Below, piece after piece: positions 33,185 to 42,799 of a stretch of DNA of 64,000 nucleotides. The notes under the pieces were generated by a model. That model worked only from the letters and a program-made list of their open reading frames with translations, ran no database searches and was not told the origin of the DNA. The stretch is from positions 70,556-134,555 of the forward strand of contig DAOUJK010000022.1 of the NCBI GenBank assembly GCA_034422795.1, read 5' to 3'. Numbering within the stretch: position 1 is the first letter of the stretch; every line of letters begins with the position of its first letter. The translations under genes were made by a program, and so were the position numbers. This stretch comes from Dehalococcoidia bacterium. Its GTDB lineage: Bacteria; Chloroflexota; Dehalococcoidia; Lucifugimonadales; Australimonadaceae.

Positions 33185-34381
33185 ATGAAGGACGGCATGC
33201 GGTTCGTTGATTGCGACATGCACGTGATGGAACCGGCGGATATCTTCGACCGGTACCTCGACCCGAAGTTCAAGGACCGCGTCATCAGCGCTCCGGGGCG
33301 CGCAGGCGGCTCCTCAATGGTGATCGACGGGCTCTCCCGCTCCGGCGATGACGACCTCCAGCAGTACCGGAAGCGCAATAAGAACGTCTCCGCCAACCAG
33401 CGCCAGCCGCTCTCCGCCTCGCGCTCGGCCCCGTACCTTGGCTTCGCCATCGAGCGCAACTACGATCCCATCGCCCAGGTGATGGGGATGGAGATGGAGG
33501 GGGTGGACATCGCTGTCCTCTTCCCGACGATGGGGCTGAGCCTCATCGCGCGGAACGGCATGGACCCGCTCCTCTCCGAGGCGCTCTGCCAGGCGTACAA
33601 CAACTGGATCCACGACTTCTGCCAGTACAGCCCGGACCGGCTGAAGTTCGCCGCGATGCTGCCCTTCCACGACGTTACGCTCGCGTGCCGGGAGCTGCGC
33701 CGCTGCGTAACCGAGCTCGGCGCGGTCGGCTCCTTCATGCGCCCCAATCTCGTGAACGGTCGCTACTGGCACTCCAACTACTGGGAGCCGCTCTACAGCC
33801 TGCACGAGGAGCTCGACGTGACGTGGGGATTCCACGAGGGCACCGGCGCGTGGTACTCCAACATGAACACGCTCTACGGCGAGAACCGCTTCTACCGTCA
33901 CGTCGCGAGCCACTGGATAGAGATGCAGCAGGCGCTCATCGCGATGGTCATCGGCGGCGTCTTCGAGTTCCACCCCAACCTGCGCGTCGGCTTCCTCGAG
34001 GCGCAGAACTCATGGGTACCCGGCGTCCTCAGCCGCATCGAGTGGGACTACCCGCAGTACCTGGACACCCACGCGCCCTACCTCTCGCTGACGCCGAAGG
34101 AGTACTTCCGGCGCAACTGCTGGGCGGCCGTCGAAGGAAGCGAGCCGGAGATCGAGGCGACCGCATCACTCATCGGCGCGGACCGCATGTGTATCTCGAC
34201 CGACTACCCGCACTTCGACTCGAACTTCCCGAACGTGTCGAACAACCTGGTGCAGGGCGTTTCGCGGGAGACGGCTGCCGCCGTCCTCTACGGCGGCGCG
34301 ACGCTCTACAACTTCAGCGAGGCAGACTTCGCGAAGGCGGACGCCGCGCGGGAGGAGCAGCAGGTCGCGCTCGCCCGCTAG
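33185..34381 (+). CDS. amidohydrolase-2 family protein
   Basis: MKDGMRFVDCDMHVMEP metal motif, and CISTDYPHFD near the C-terminus. GGAGG sits 8 nt upstream of the ATG at 33185. Confidence 0.75.
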   Translation: MKDGMRFVDCDMHVMEPADIFDRYLDPKFKDRVISAPGRAGGSSMVIDGLSRSGDDDLQQYRKRNKNVSANQRQPLSASRSAPYLGFAIERNYDPIAQVMGMEMEGVDIAVLFPTMGLSLIARNGMDPLLSEALCQAYNNWIHDFCQYSPDRLKFAAMLPFHDVTLACRELRRCVTELGAVGSFMRPNLVNGRYWHSNYWEPLYSLHEELDVTWGFHEGTGAWYSNMNTLYGENRFYRHVASHWIEMQQALIAMVIGGVFEFHPNLRVGFLEAQNSWVPGVLSRIEWDYPQYLDTHAPYLSLTPKEYFRRNCWAAVEGSEPEIEATASLIGADRMCISTDYPHFDSNFPNVSNNLVQGVSRETAAAVLYGGATLYNFSEADFAKADAAREEQQVALAR

Positions 34382-34397
34382 GCGCGAGCGACGAGGC

Positions 34398-35249
34398 TCA
34401 GGGCAACCCCAGCTCGTCAGCGAAGCCGAGGATGGCGGCGACGGTCGCCTCCGGCTGCTGCTCTTGCACGTAGTGCGCGCTGCCTTCGACCGGCCAGCCG
34501 CGAACGTCGTCCGCGACCTGCCGCCACGCGCCGAGCACGTCCGCATTCGCCGACGGCCCGGAACCGCCCCATATCGACAGCATCGGCACCGTGATCCTCC
34601 GCCCGGCGGCGACCTCCGCCCGCCAGTAGTCCGGGTCCTCCTCCAGCGCAAGACGGTAGTCCCATATCACCGCGTCCGCGGTGCCGGGACGGGAGAACAT
34701 CTCCACGTAGAACGCCCGCTCCTCCGGCGACAGGTGCGGGTTCCGGTCCAGGAATAGACCGAAGAAGAGCTCCGGTATCGCGTTCACGATGGGTTCGGCC
34801 ACGTTGCGCTGCCGGAAGAAGTCGAAGTACCACTGCCGCCCGCTCGAGTCGCGACGCTCCCCGCCGACACCCTGCGGCGTCGAATCGATCTGCACCATGC
34901 CCGCGACGCGCTTCGGCAGGTCCGCGGCGATGCGTCTCGCGGTCGGCGCGCCCTTGTCGTGCCCCACGACGACGAAGCGCTCGTGGCCGAGATGGTCCAT
35001 CAGCGCAACCGCATCAGCCGCCATCGTCGCGAGGCCGTAGGCGGCGGGGTCGGCGATGCGTTCCGAGTCGCCGTAGCCCCGGCGGTCTGGCGCGACGACG
35101 GTGAACCGCTGGGACAGCGCGGGCGTGATCTGCTCCCAGGTGCGGCGCGTGCGCGGAAAGCCATGCAATAGCAGCAGCGGAAATCCGCTCCCGGACGTTT
35201 CGTACGCCGCGCGTACGCCGTTGACCATGGCGGACCGTGCCTCGCCCAT
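34398..35249 (-). CDS. alpha/beta hydrolase (epoxide hydrolase / haloacetate dehalogenase-like)
   Basis: PLLLLHGFPRTRRTW and VVGHDKGAP (Asp nucleophile elbow). Confidence 0.8.
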   Translation of the reverse strand: MGEARSAMVNGVRAAYETSGSGFPLLLLHGFPRTRRTWEQITPALSQRFTVVAPDRRGYGDSERIADPAAYGLATMAADAVALMDHLGHERFVVVGHDKGAPTARRIAADLPKRVAGMVQIDSTPQGVGGERRDSSGRQWYFDFFRQRNVAEPIVNAIPELFFGLFLDRNPHLSPEERAFYVEMFSRPGTADAVIWDYRLALEEDPDYWRAEVAAGRRITVPMLSIWGGSGPSANADVLGAWRQVADDVRGWPVEGSAHYVQEQQPEATVAAILGFADELGLP

Positions 35250-35256
35250 GGAGCGC

Positions 35257-35382
35257 CTACGGCCAGACGAAGCTGAGGACGATGAGCAACGCGCCGGTGG
35301 CGATGACGCCTCCGGCGGCGACGGGCCACAGGATGTAGCCGATGTCCTCAGCGTTGCCGAACGGCCAGATCAGGTCTTTCAC
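35257..35382 (-). CDS. candidate 41-aa membrane peptide (below ORF-track cutoff)
   Basis: My translation is (GTG)KDLIWPFGNAEDIGYILWPVAAGGVIATGALLIVLSFVWP*. GGAGG sits 9 nt upstream of the GTG. The stop lies 7 nt before the hydrolase ATG. Confidence 0.35.
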   Translation of the reverse strand: MKDLIWPFGNAEDIGYILWPVAAGGVIATGALLIVLSFVWP

Positions 35383-35453
35383 GAGTCAACTCCTCCGTGG
35401 GACTACCGCCATCATAGTCGGGTGGGCAGCGCCGCTGTCAACGCAGCTCAACC

Positions 35454-36386
35454 TCACTCTACGCTCGCCTCCGCATCCCGCATCGCGTCCACGGTCCGGA
35501 GGATGCCCTCGTTGAGCGGCACGACGGCCCGCCAGCCGAGTTCCCGCTCCGCGCGGCGCACGTCCAAGTAGATGCGGTGCACGTCGCCTGGGCGTTCCGC
35601 CGCGTGCTCCGGGCTGCCGTCGTAGTCGGTGGCCCCGGCGAGCGCGTCGAACACCTGCAACACCGTCGCTCCCTCCCCGGTGCCGATGTTGAAGACGCCG
35701 TTCTCCTGCTGTGCAAGCGCAAGCACGTTCGCCCGCACCACGTCGTCCACGTAGACGTAGTCCCGCTCGTGCGAGCCGTCGCCGAAGATGACGGGGCGCT
35801 CACCGCACAGCATGGCGTTGGCGAAGATCGCGACGACTCCCGCCTCGCCGAACGGGTCTTGCCGCGGGCCGTAGACGTTGCCGTAGCGCAGGATCGTGTA
35901 GCGGATGCCATGGAGCGTGCAGAGCGTCTGCACGTACGCCTCGGCAGCCGCCTTGGACGCCCCGTACGGAGAGAGCGGGCGGATCGGGTGTTCCTCGTCC
36001 GCGGGCAGCCGCTGCGGTTCGCCGTAGAGTGCGCCTCCGGTGGAACTGAACACGACGTGCCCCACGCCGTAAGCGGCGCACTGCTGGAGGACGTTCAGCG
36101 TGCCGAGCACATTCACTTCCGCGTCGTGCATCGGGTCGCGGACGGACTCGCTGACGCTCGCGTGGGCCGCGATGTGCAGGACGACCTCCGGTCGCGCGGC
36201 CTCGAACGCCGCCGCGAGCGCCGGGCTGCGGATGTCGATCTCGTAGAGCGCAGCCTCTAGGTTGACGTGTGCGCGCTTGCCGGTGGCGAGCACGTCCACG
36301 ACCGCGACGTTGTGTCCTTCGGCGATGAGCCTGTCCACGAGGTGGGAGCCGACGAATCCCGCTCCGCCTGTCACCAGAATGTTCAA
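35454..36386 (-). CDS. NAD-dependent epimerase/dehydratase (UDP-glucose 4-epimerase-like)
   Basis: MNILVTGGAGFVGSHLVDRL, and YGASKAAAE (YxxxK). Confidence 0.85.
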   Translation of the reverse strand: MNILVTGGAGFVGSHLVDRLIAEGHNVAVVDVLATGKRAHVNLEAALYEIDIRSPALAAAFEAARPEVVLHIAAHASVSESVRDPMHDAEVNVLGTLNVLQQCAAYGVGHVVFSSTGGALYGEPQRLPADEEHPIRPLSPYGASKAAAEAYVQTLCTLHGIRYTILRYGNVYGPRQDPFGEAGVVAIFANAMLCGERPVIFGDGSHERDYVYVDDVVRANVLALAQQENGVFNIGTGEGATVLQVFDALAGATDYDGSPEHAAERPGDVHRIYLDVRRAERELGWRAVVPLNEGILRTVDAMRDAEASVE

Positions 36387-36390
36387 CTTC

Positions 36391-37461
36391 TCACAGGCGA
36401 TAGTAGCGCTGGGCGTTCCGGTTTAGGATCGCCGCCTTGGCGCTGTCTGAAAGTTCCTCGCTCTCCCGCACTTCCTGTATCTCCCGCTTGCACATCTCCG
36501 TCGTCACCTCGTGCGGGAAGTCGCTGGAGTAGAGGAAAGCGTCCGCGCTGTAGCGCGTCGTCGCGAAACCGAGCGCGGGCTCCTCACCCTCGCACCCGAT
36601 GTAGAGTCGGCCGTCGCGGATATGCCGCAGGATGTACTCGCTGGGTATCTCCTCACCGTGCGGGCCGTACTCGCCCTCGGGGTCGTGCTCGATGTGTGTG
36701 ACGTGCGAGCGGTCGAACCGCTCCATCGCCATGAGGAACCAGCCGACGCCGCCTTCCAGAAAGCTCATCCTCATGTTCGGGAACCGGTCCAGCACGCCGT
36801 TGAAGACGATGCTCGCCATCCCGATCATGACGCCCATCGGGTGCCCCATCGCGTGAACGGGCGCGTACCGGTTGAGGTCGTCGAAGCCCATACCGTCGTG
36901 GCAGCCGCCGTGGACCGCGACCGCACAGCCCAGCCGGTCCGCTTCCTTGTATACGGGCCAGTATGCCTTCGCGCCCAGGTGCATGCTCAGGCCACGTGAG
37001 GGCAGCATCGCGCCCACCATGCCCAACTCGGTCACTGCGCGCCGGAGCTCCTCCACCGCGGCGACGGGGTCCTGCATCGGAACCAGGGCCATGCCCTTGA
37101 AACGCGGATCGCGGGTGCAGTACGTCGCGTGGAGCCAGTCGTTGTAGGCCCGCGTCGCGGCGACCGCCCAGTCGACGGCGGTGATCTTGCCACAGGCGAG
37201 CCCCCGGGTCGGGTAGAGCACGGTGGTGTCGATGCCCACGTCGTCCAGGAATGTGAGCCATTCGTCCGGTCCCACCACGCCCCGCTTGATGCGTTCCGGG
37301 TCCGGCTCGGTCAGGTGGTAGCCGTGGAAGTGGTCGAAAGGCGGGAAGATATTCTGCATCCTGTCCCTGTGGAACGGCGTAGGCAGGAATTCCCGGATGC
37401 CATCGTTGTCTTCCCGGACATGCCCGTCGGCGTCGATGACCAACTCGATGTTCGCATTCAT
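36391..37461 (-). CDS. amidohydrolase-2 family protein
   Basis: MNANIELVIDADGHV..., with CAVAVHGGCHDG and SSDFPHE motifs. Start at the internal ATG preceded by GGAGGAGG. The upstream part of the 604-aa ORF is antisense to the MFS gene. Confidence 0.75.
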   Translation of the reverse strand: MNANIELVIDADGHVREDNDGIREFLPTPFHRDRMQNIFPPFDHFHGYHLTEPDPERIKRGVVGPDEWLTFLDDVGIDTTVLYPTRGLACGKITAVDWAVAATRAYNDWLHATYCTRDPRFKGMALVPMQDPVAAVEELRRAVTELGMVGAMLPSRGLSMHLGAKAYWPVYKEADRLGCAVAVHGGCHDGMGFDDLNRYAPVHAMGHPMGVMIGMASIVFNGVLDRFPNMRMSFLEGGVGWFLMAMERFDRSHVTHIEHDPEGEYGPHGEEIPSEYILRHIRDGRLYIGCEGEEPALGFATTRYSADAFLYSSDFPHEVTTEMCKREIQEVRESEELSDSAKAAILNRNAQRYYRL

Positions 37462-37563
37462 GGCCCTCCTCCTGCGCGGAGTATAGCCTCTGCCCCTGGC
37501 AAGCAAACAGACGCTGCCTTCAGGCGAGCGCCAGGCGGGCGGCGTATAGTGGACTGACCTCCC

Positions 37564-38826
37564 ATGCACGCGCCAGACCCTCAGACAGCCGCCTCCGCGA
37601 CGCAGGACCCCGTCTCCCGCCGGGCGCTCGACTATCCCGACTTCCGCATCCTGTGGTTCACCACCGGTCTCGTGGCGGGAGGCGTCTGGTTCCAGCAGGT
37701 CACGCTCGGCTGGCTCGCCTACGAGCTCACCGAAGACCCCCTGCAGGTCGCGGGCGTAGTGGGCGTGCGGACGCTTCCGTTGCTGCTGTCGCCGGTCACA
37801 GGGGTGATTGCCGACCGGGTCGACAGGCTGAAACTGCTGCTCGTAGACCAGGTGCTGGTCACGGTCCTGGTCTTCGGTTTCGCCCTCGTGCTGTTGAACG
37901 ACCTGCAGCAGCTGTGGCACCTGTATGTTTTCGCCGTGCTGTTCGGCACGCTGTGGGCGGCAAACAACCCGGTGCGCCAGGTGCTCATCGCGAACACCGT
38001 GCCTCGCGAGGCGCTGATGAACGCGACGGCGATGACCTCGATGTCGTTCAACATCATGCGGGCCGTCGGCCCGGCCATCGGCGGGTTCGTCATCGCCTTC
38101 TTCGGCCCGGGCATCAACTTCCTGATCCAGGGGTTCCTCTTCCTGATGGCGCTGGCAGTAGTGACGCGCATGCGGACGCCGTACTACACGGCGAACCGAG
38201 CGCACGCACGGGAGAGTTCTCCGCTGCAGAACCTCCAGGAGGGATTCGCTCGCGTCATCAGCGAGCCGACCACGCGCATCACGACCGCGATGACGTTCGG
38301 GCTGTCGATGACGATGATGGCGATGGTGTTCAACCAGCTTCCGGTGTACACCGCGGAGATACTCGGCAACGACGACGGAAGCCAGCTGGGCCTGCTCCTC
38401 ATGGCGATGGGGTTCGGAGGTTTCCTTAGGACGGCGTTGCTCGCGCTGCTCATGTCGACGCGCCGGAAGGGAGTCCTCGCCTCCGTAGCATTCGCGCTCT
38501 CAGCGGTCAGTGTCGTGGTCCTCTCGCAGGCGACGGTGCTGTGGCTCGCGATGCTTGCGCTGCTCCTCCAACAGATGTTCGTGCAGGTGGTGATGACGAC
38601 GAACATGACCGTCGTGCACACGATGACGTCAGACGACCTGCGGGGCCGCGTCATCGGCGTCTACCAGATGGAGATCGGCATGATGCCGTTCTGGGGGCTG
38701 GTCGCTGGCGCTCTCTCCAGGGCGTACGGCGTAGACAACGCCTTCCTCGTCGGGGGCATCGCAGGACTCGCGATCATCGGCGTTGCGACCGTCGCGCTAC
38801 CTCGCTACCGGCGGCTGGAGGTGTAG
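37564..38826 (+). CDS. MFS transporter (MFS_3 / enterobactin-exporter-like)
   Basis: FRILWFTTGLVAGGVWFQQVTLGWLAYELT. About 12 hydrophobic segments. Confidence 0.8.
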   Translation: MHAPDPQTAASATQDPVSRRALDYPDFRILWFTTGLVAGGVWFQQVTLGWLAYELTEDPLQVAGVVGVRTLPLLLSPVTGVIADRVDRLKLLLVDQVLVTVLVFGFALVLLNDLQQLWHLYVFAVLFGTLWAANNPVRQVLIANTVPREALMNATAMTSMSFNIMRAVGPAIGGFVIAFFGPGINFLIQGFLFLMALAVVTRMRTPYYTANRAHARESSPLQNLQEGFARVISEPTTRITTAMTFGLSMTMMAMVFNQLPVYTAEILGNDDGSQLGLLLMAMGFGGFLRTALLALLMSTRRKGVLASVAFALSAVSVVVLSQATVLWLAMLALLLQQMFVQVVMTTNMTVVHTMTSDDLRGRVIGVYQMEIGMMPFWGLVAGALSRAYGVDNAFLVGGIAGLAIIGVATVALPRYRRLEV

Positions 38827-38836
38827 CGGCACCCTC
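38779..38836. repeat. left copy of direct repeat flanking the sacsin-like insertion (authentic 3' end of MFS gene)
   Basis: GGCGTTGCGACCGTCGCGCTACCTCGCTACCGGCGGCTGGAGGTGTAG+CGGCACCCTC encodes ...GVATVALPRYRRLEV*. Confidence 0.75.
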
Positions 38837-39014
38837 ACCCCGGCCCTCCCTAGGGGGAGAGGGAGCAGAAATCCTCCACCAATGAGCGAGCGGACGCACA
38901 CCAATGAGCGCCTGCTGCTCGCTTTCGAGCGCGAATAACCCGGAATGAGCATGCCGCTTCACTCTCGCACACGGCGCCGACAGGAGCGGCCCGCTGAACC
39001 GGTCGAAAATTGTG

Positions 39015-39042
39015 TCTCATTTCTTCTCATTTAGTCTCATTT
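39015..39042. repeat. three 10-bp-phased copies of TCTCATTT
   Basis: Read directly at 39015-39022, 39025-39032 and 39035-39042, abutting the stop of the sacsin-like ORF. The complementary AATGAG core also occurs three times at 38881-38949. Confidence 0.8.
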
Positions 39043-41246
39043 CATTCCTGCGACCCATCCCCCGAGCGGGCCGGGCCCTGGTGCTCTCCCGCCGGTGGCG
39101 GCGCGTCGTCACCAACCAGCGTAGCCGACGCAGGCGCGACCGCACTTCGGCCCATAGAGGAGCGGAGGACGCTCGCATATCGGTCACTCACCCACACAAG
39201 CCTAGGCGTTTGCTTGGCTGCGGCGGCAAAACTATCCGCCTCGCGATCAATGGCTGAAGGGAGATAGGCGTCGGTGGGACGCGCGCTTACTACTCGGCGC
39301 CGTCCCCCCTCGTACACGTACGCTTCAATTGATATGGCGCGACCAACATTAGGCCCCAGAGTAGTTCGTTCGCCAGGATCGATTACCTCAAATGCAGCCC
39401 TGAGGGCCTGCACTTGCTCGTCGGTAAGCGGTAGTGCAAGAGCACGACCGGACTGGCCAGCTGCAGCAAGCCGACGAACCACAGCCTGATCATCTGGCTC
39501 ATTGAGCAGAGCCCCACATTTACGAAGCCATGTCATAACCGTGCGGGCAGCTTTGCTCTCTTTACGATGTGCAGGGTGAAGCAGAGTGACGATACCGAGC
39601 CGCTGCCCCAGTGGCGTGGTTTCTACTGCTAGGGCTTCGGGGGAATCTGAAGCTGGAGGAGTGAGGCGTCGCTCATCATCAGCAATCACGCATCGGAAAT
39701 CGAGCAACCGCTCCGTAAGCCCCTCGTCCAGTGCTGCTCCGACAAGCGCAATCGTAGCGTCCTCAGGTCTGGTTTGGTCATCCAGCAGAGCGAGCGCTTG
39801 CTCAACGCTCACCGGTTCAGGGAGGTCTGCGCCAGCGGCTCGCCAGCCGTCCAGCACTGAACGCCACTTACCCGCTTGGTCTCTGACTTGAACAGGGAGC
39901 GTTGCGGGAAGATCGGCCAAGCTCGCCGTTTCGGCCTCGGTCAAGACTCCTTCGAGTGGTGGCGCTTCCACCGCGAGTTGCGACAGGCTGACAAGTCCGA
40001 GGGAAGAGATATGAAACGAGACTCCAGAAGCAACACTTTGCCAAGCATGAGCGGTGACCGCAGCCGTAAGGGAATCGAGTATAGGCGACGCTGTATCTGC
40101 TTCAAGTGCGTCTTCCTGCGGCATCGCCAGCCATGCCGTTTGAGGGTCGCGGGAGAAGAGGTCGAGCGCAGCCTGCGACCAAAGTTCGGCGAGAAAAGGA
40201 ACCAAGGCTTTGTTCCATGCGGTGTCGGCGAAGCCCTGCCGGTTCGTAAGCGGGTCGAACTGAGCGTTCACAAACAGGGGAAGGCGCGTGGGTACTACTG
40301 GAAGCCCCGCGTAGACCTGCCCCTTACCAGAAGGCCAGAGAGGCAAAGCCACCGCGATTGGAGTGGTTGCACCAGTCGCCTTACGTGTACGCCTAACTTT
40401 CGCAGGCACCGGGACCTCAGCACTGTAAACCACCCATGAGCGTCCGTCGGTCGCTTCAGCGTAATGGCGCGACAAAGCCGCAGATGCCCAGGGTACAGCC
40501 GCTCCCTCCTGGTTTTGGCGCGCGAGAGCAAGTTCGCGAACCGAGTCTCCTTCAGAAGTCAGCAAGGTGATTCGTGAGACATAGCGCAAGAACAGCAATC
40601 CGGCGTCGCCCCATCTGCTGAGCCATTCCTCAATCTCATTCGACTCTACGGCCCCGGCCTCAAGAGGGATTCGCAGTGTGGTCCAGCCCGGCTCTTGGAA
40701 CTGGGGTGGAAGCGCGGTCGGGGCTATTGGCTCAATGGTGGGGTCACCGAGTTCCACATGGTATGGATGGCAGTGAACCTCAATCTTCATCGATAGCGAA
40801 CGAAGGGCCATGAGTCCAATCCCGAATCTGCCCACAGAGGCGATTTCGCTGCCCTTGGTGCTGAACCACGGGGTTGCTAATCCAAGCACATGCTTGAGGC
40901 GTATAGGGAGACCGTCATGGCTAATCAGGAGATCGGTTGGCCTCAGACACAACCGGATCTGTGAAGCCTCGACATCGTCAGCATTCTGAACAATCTCAGC
41001 AAGCCCCTGAAACCGGTCACTGGAGAGCATTTCCCCGCTGTCGCGGGCACCCTCCATCATATTCGCAGCGACGCCGGGGAGTTCTTCAAAGAGCTTACCC
41101 AGTCGCCGAACCGCTGCCTCAGCCGTTCGGAGGTCACTCGGTTCATATGCGGGTTCGAAGTTCTTGTCCTTCGTATCGAAAAGTTGCTCAGCGGCACTTT
41201 CCGCAAGCGCAATCTGGTCGGTGGCATTGGTCAGGGTATCCGGCAT
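39042..41246 (-). CDS. sacsin-like GHKL ATPase family protein (possibly C-terminally truncated)
   Basis: N-box LAEIVQNADDVEA, then ISHDGLPI, then VGRFGIGLMALRSLS. Start at MPDTLTNA (ATG at 41246) with a purine-rich RBS. Most of the gene is visibly AT-richer than its flanks. Confidence 0.75.
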   Translation of the reverse strand: MPDTLTNATDQIALAESAAEQLFDTKDKNFEPAYEPSDLRTAEAAVRRLGKLFEELPGVAANMMEGARDSGEMLSSDRFQGLAEIVQNADDVEASQIRLCLRPTDLLISHDGLPIRLKHVLGLATPWFSTKGSEIASVGRFGIGLMALRSLSMKIEVHCHPYHVELGDPTIEPIAPTALPPQFQEPGWTTLRIPLEAGAVESNEIEEWLSRWGDAGLLFLRYVSRITLLTSEGDSVRELALARQNQEGAAVPWASAALSRHYAEATDGRSWVVYSAEVPVPAKVRRTRKATGATTPIAVALPLWPSGKGQVYAGLPVVPTRLPLFVNAQFDPLTNRQGFADTAWNKALVPFLAELWSQAALDLFSRDPQTAWLAMPQEDALEADTASPILDSLTAAVTAHAWQSVASGVSFHISSLGLVSLSQLAVEAPPLEGVLTEAETASLADLPATLPVQVRDQAGKWRSVLDGWRAAGADLPEPVSVEQALALLDDQTRPEDATIALVGAALDEGLTERLLDFRCVIADDERRLTPPASDSPEALAVETTPLGQRLGIVTLLHPAHRKESKAARTVMTWLRKCGALLNEPDDQAVVRRLAAAGQSGRALALPLTDEQVQALRAAFEVIDPGERTTLGPNVGRAISIEAYVYEGGRRRVVSARPTDAYLPSAIDREADSFAAAAKQTPRLVWVSDRYASVLRSSMGRSAVAPASATLVGDDAPPPAGEHQGPARSGDGSQE

Positions 41247-41332
41247 AGCCTTCTCTTCAATTGTGGGTTTGGCGACGGGGGCAGAGGGATAGTATACGCG
41301 GCATGCTCCAACTTCCTCTCGTAGACCGCGTC

Positions 41333-41389
41333 GCCGTCGCCACCCTTGCGTTCCCGCGCTACCGACGATTGGAGCTGTAGCGGCCCCTC
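41333..41389. repeat. right copy of direct repeat: degenerate duplicate of the MFS gene 3' end
   Basis: GCCGTCGCCACCCTTGCGTTCCCGCGCTACCGACGATTGGAGCTGTAG+CGGCCCCTC would encode AVATLAFPRYRRLEL*. It is codon-aligned with 38779-38826 at 36 of 48 nt, including the stop codon. Confidence 0.75.
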
Positions 41390-41473
41390 GCTTGCTCTGG
41401 TACTGCGCAGGCAGAAAGAACGTGCTCGGGAGAGCGACGCGTATAATCGCGACAGCGCAGCGAAGGGGGACGC

Positions 41474-42778
41474 GTGGCATCGGACGCAGCGCCGGGCAGG
41501 CAAGGCAAGGGCGGCATCTTCTACGGCTGGTACATCGTGGCAGCTCTGCTGTTCATGACGTTCGTCTCCATCGGTTTCCGGCAGAGCTTCGGGTTGTTCC
41601 TTCCGTCGTGGACGAAAGAGTTCGGTGTATCGGTCTCCTACATGTCCACCGTCGCGTTCGTCGGATGGATGGTGAACGGCATCGCCCAGCCGGTGGTGGG
41701 CGGGCTCGCCGACCGTTATGGAGCGCGCGTCGTGGCCTGTGTGAGCGTCGCAGTGCTTGGCGTGAGCACGCTGGCCATGGCGTTCTCGCTCAACATCCTG
41801 ATGCTGGCTTTCTTCTACGCAACGCTTGCATCGTTCTCGAACGCCGGAGCGATGTTCACGCCCATCACGCCACTCATAGCGCGCTGGTTCGTGCGACGGC
41901 GCGGCGCGGCTCTGAGCATCATCACCGCCGGCGGCTCCGGCGGCGCGATGCTCCTGGTGCCGTTCTCAGCCTTCCTGCTGGAACTCTTCAACTGGCGGGT
42001 CGCTCTTGCAGTCGTCGCAGGAATCATGCTGGTGCTCGTCCTGCCGCTGGTGCTGGTGGTGGTCCGGAACCAACCGGGGCCGATGGGGCTGAGGCCGGAC
42101 GGCGACGCACCAGGGACCGAGGATGGCCAGCAGAGGCAACGACTCGTCGATGGTCCGCTCACCGTATCCCACTGGCGGCAGGCATACCGCTCTTCGCCCA
42201 TGTGGCAACTCACGCTCACCTATGTGGTCTGCGGCGTGACGACTGCGATCATCGCCGTCCACTTCGTGTCGTTCGCAAACACGGAGGGGATCTCGGAGAC
42301 GACTGCGGCGCTTGCCTTCGCGCTGCTGAGCTTCTCCAACGTGGCTAGCGTGCTCGCGGTGGGTTTCCTGCTCTCCGACCGTCTTCAGCGGAAGGACACG
42401 CTTGCCATGGTCTACGCGGTCCGTGGGCTGGGCTTCCTCGCGCTGCTCGTCATGCCAACCCCCATGGGCCTGTGGGCGTTCGCGGTCGTCGCAGGCAGCT
42501 CGTGGCTGGCGACCGTGCCGCAGACGAGCGCGCTCGCCGCGGAGATCTACGGCATCCGCAATTCGGGGTCCATCACGGGGATGCTGACCATGGTGCACAT
42601 GTGCGCCGGGGCCGTCGCCGTCCTTGCCGCAGGTTTCACCTACGACTATTTCCTCTCCTACGACCCGGTCTGGGTGGTGTGCGTGGTGATGCTGGCAGGG
42701 GCCTCGCTGATGGCGTGGAGGGTGCGCGAGCGGGAGGTCTCAGCACGCTACATGCCCATGCGGCTCGCGGAAGCCTAG
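41474..42778 (+). CDS. MFS transporter (oxalate/formate antiporter-like)
   Basis: GTG start with a GAAGGGGGA RBS. GIFYGWYIVAALLFMTFVSIGFRQSFGLFLPSW. Confidence 0.8.
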   Translation: MASDAAPGRQGKGGIFYGWYIVAALLFMTFVSIGFRQSFGLFLPSWTKEFGVSVSYMSTVAFVGWMVNGIAQPVVGGLADRYGARVVACVSVAVLGVSTLAMAFSLNILMLAFFYATLASFSNAGAMFTPITPLIARWFVRRRGAALSIITAGGSGGAMLLVPFSAFLLELFNWRVALAVVAGIMLVLVLPLVLVVVRNQPGPMGLRPDGDAPGTEDGQQRQRLVDGPLTVSHWRQAYRSSPMWQLTLTYVVCGVTTAIIAVHFVSFANTEGISETTAALAFALLSFSNVASVLAVGFLLSDRLQRKDTLAMVYAVRGLGFLALLVMPTPMGLWAFAVVAGSSWLATVPQTSALAAEIYGIRNSGSITGMLTMVHMCAGAVAVLAAGFTYDYFLSYDPVWVVCVVMLAGASLMAWRVREREVSARYMPMRLAEA

Positions 42779-42799
42779 GAGAGAAGCGGGGGCTGGGGC

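Noticed and set aside
37462-38205. N-terminal 250 aa of the 604-aa ORF 36391-38205
   Set aside because: This part is antisense to the MFS gene. The amidohydrolase starts at the internal ATG (37461), which has a GGAGGAGG RBS.
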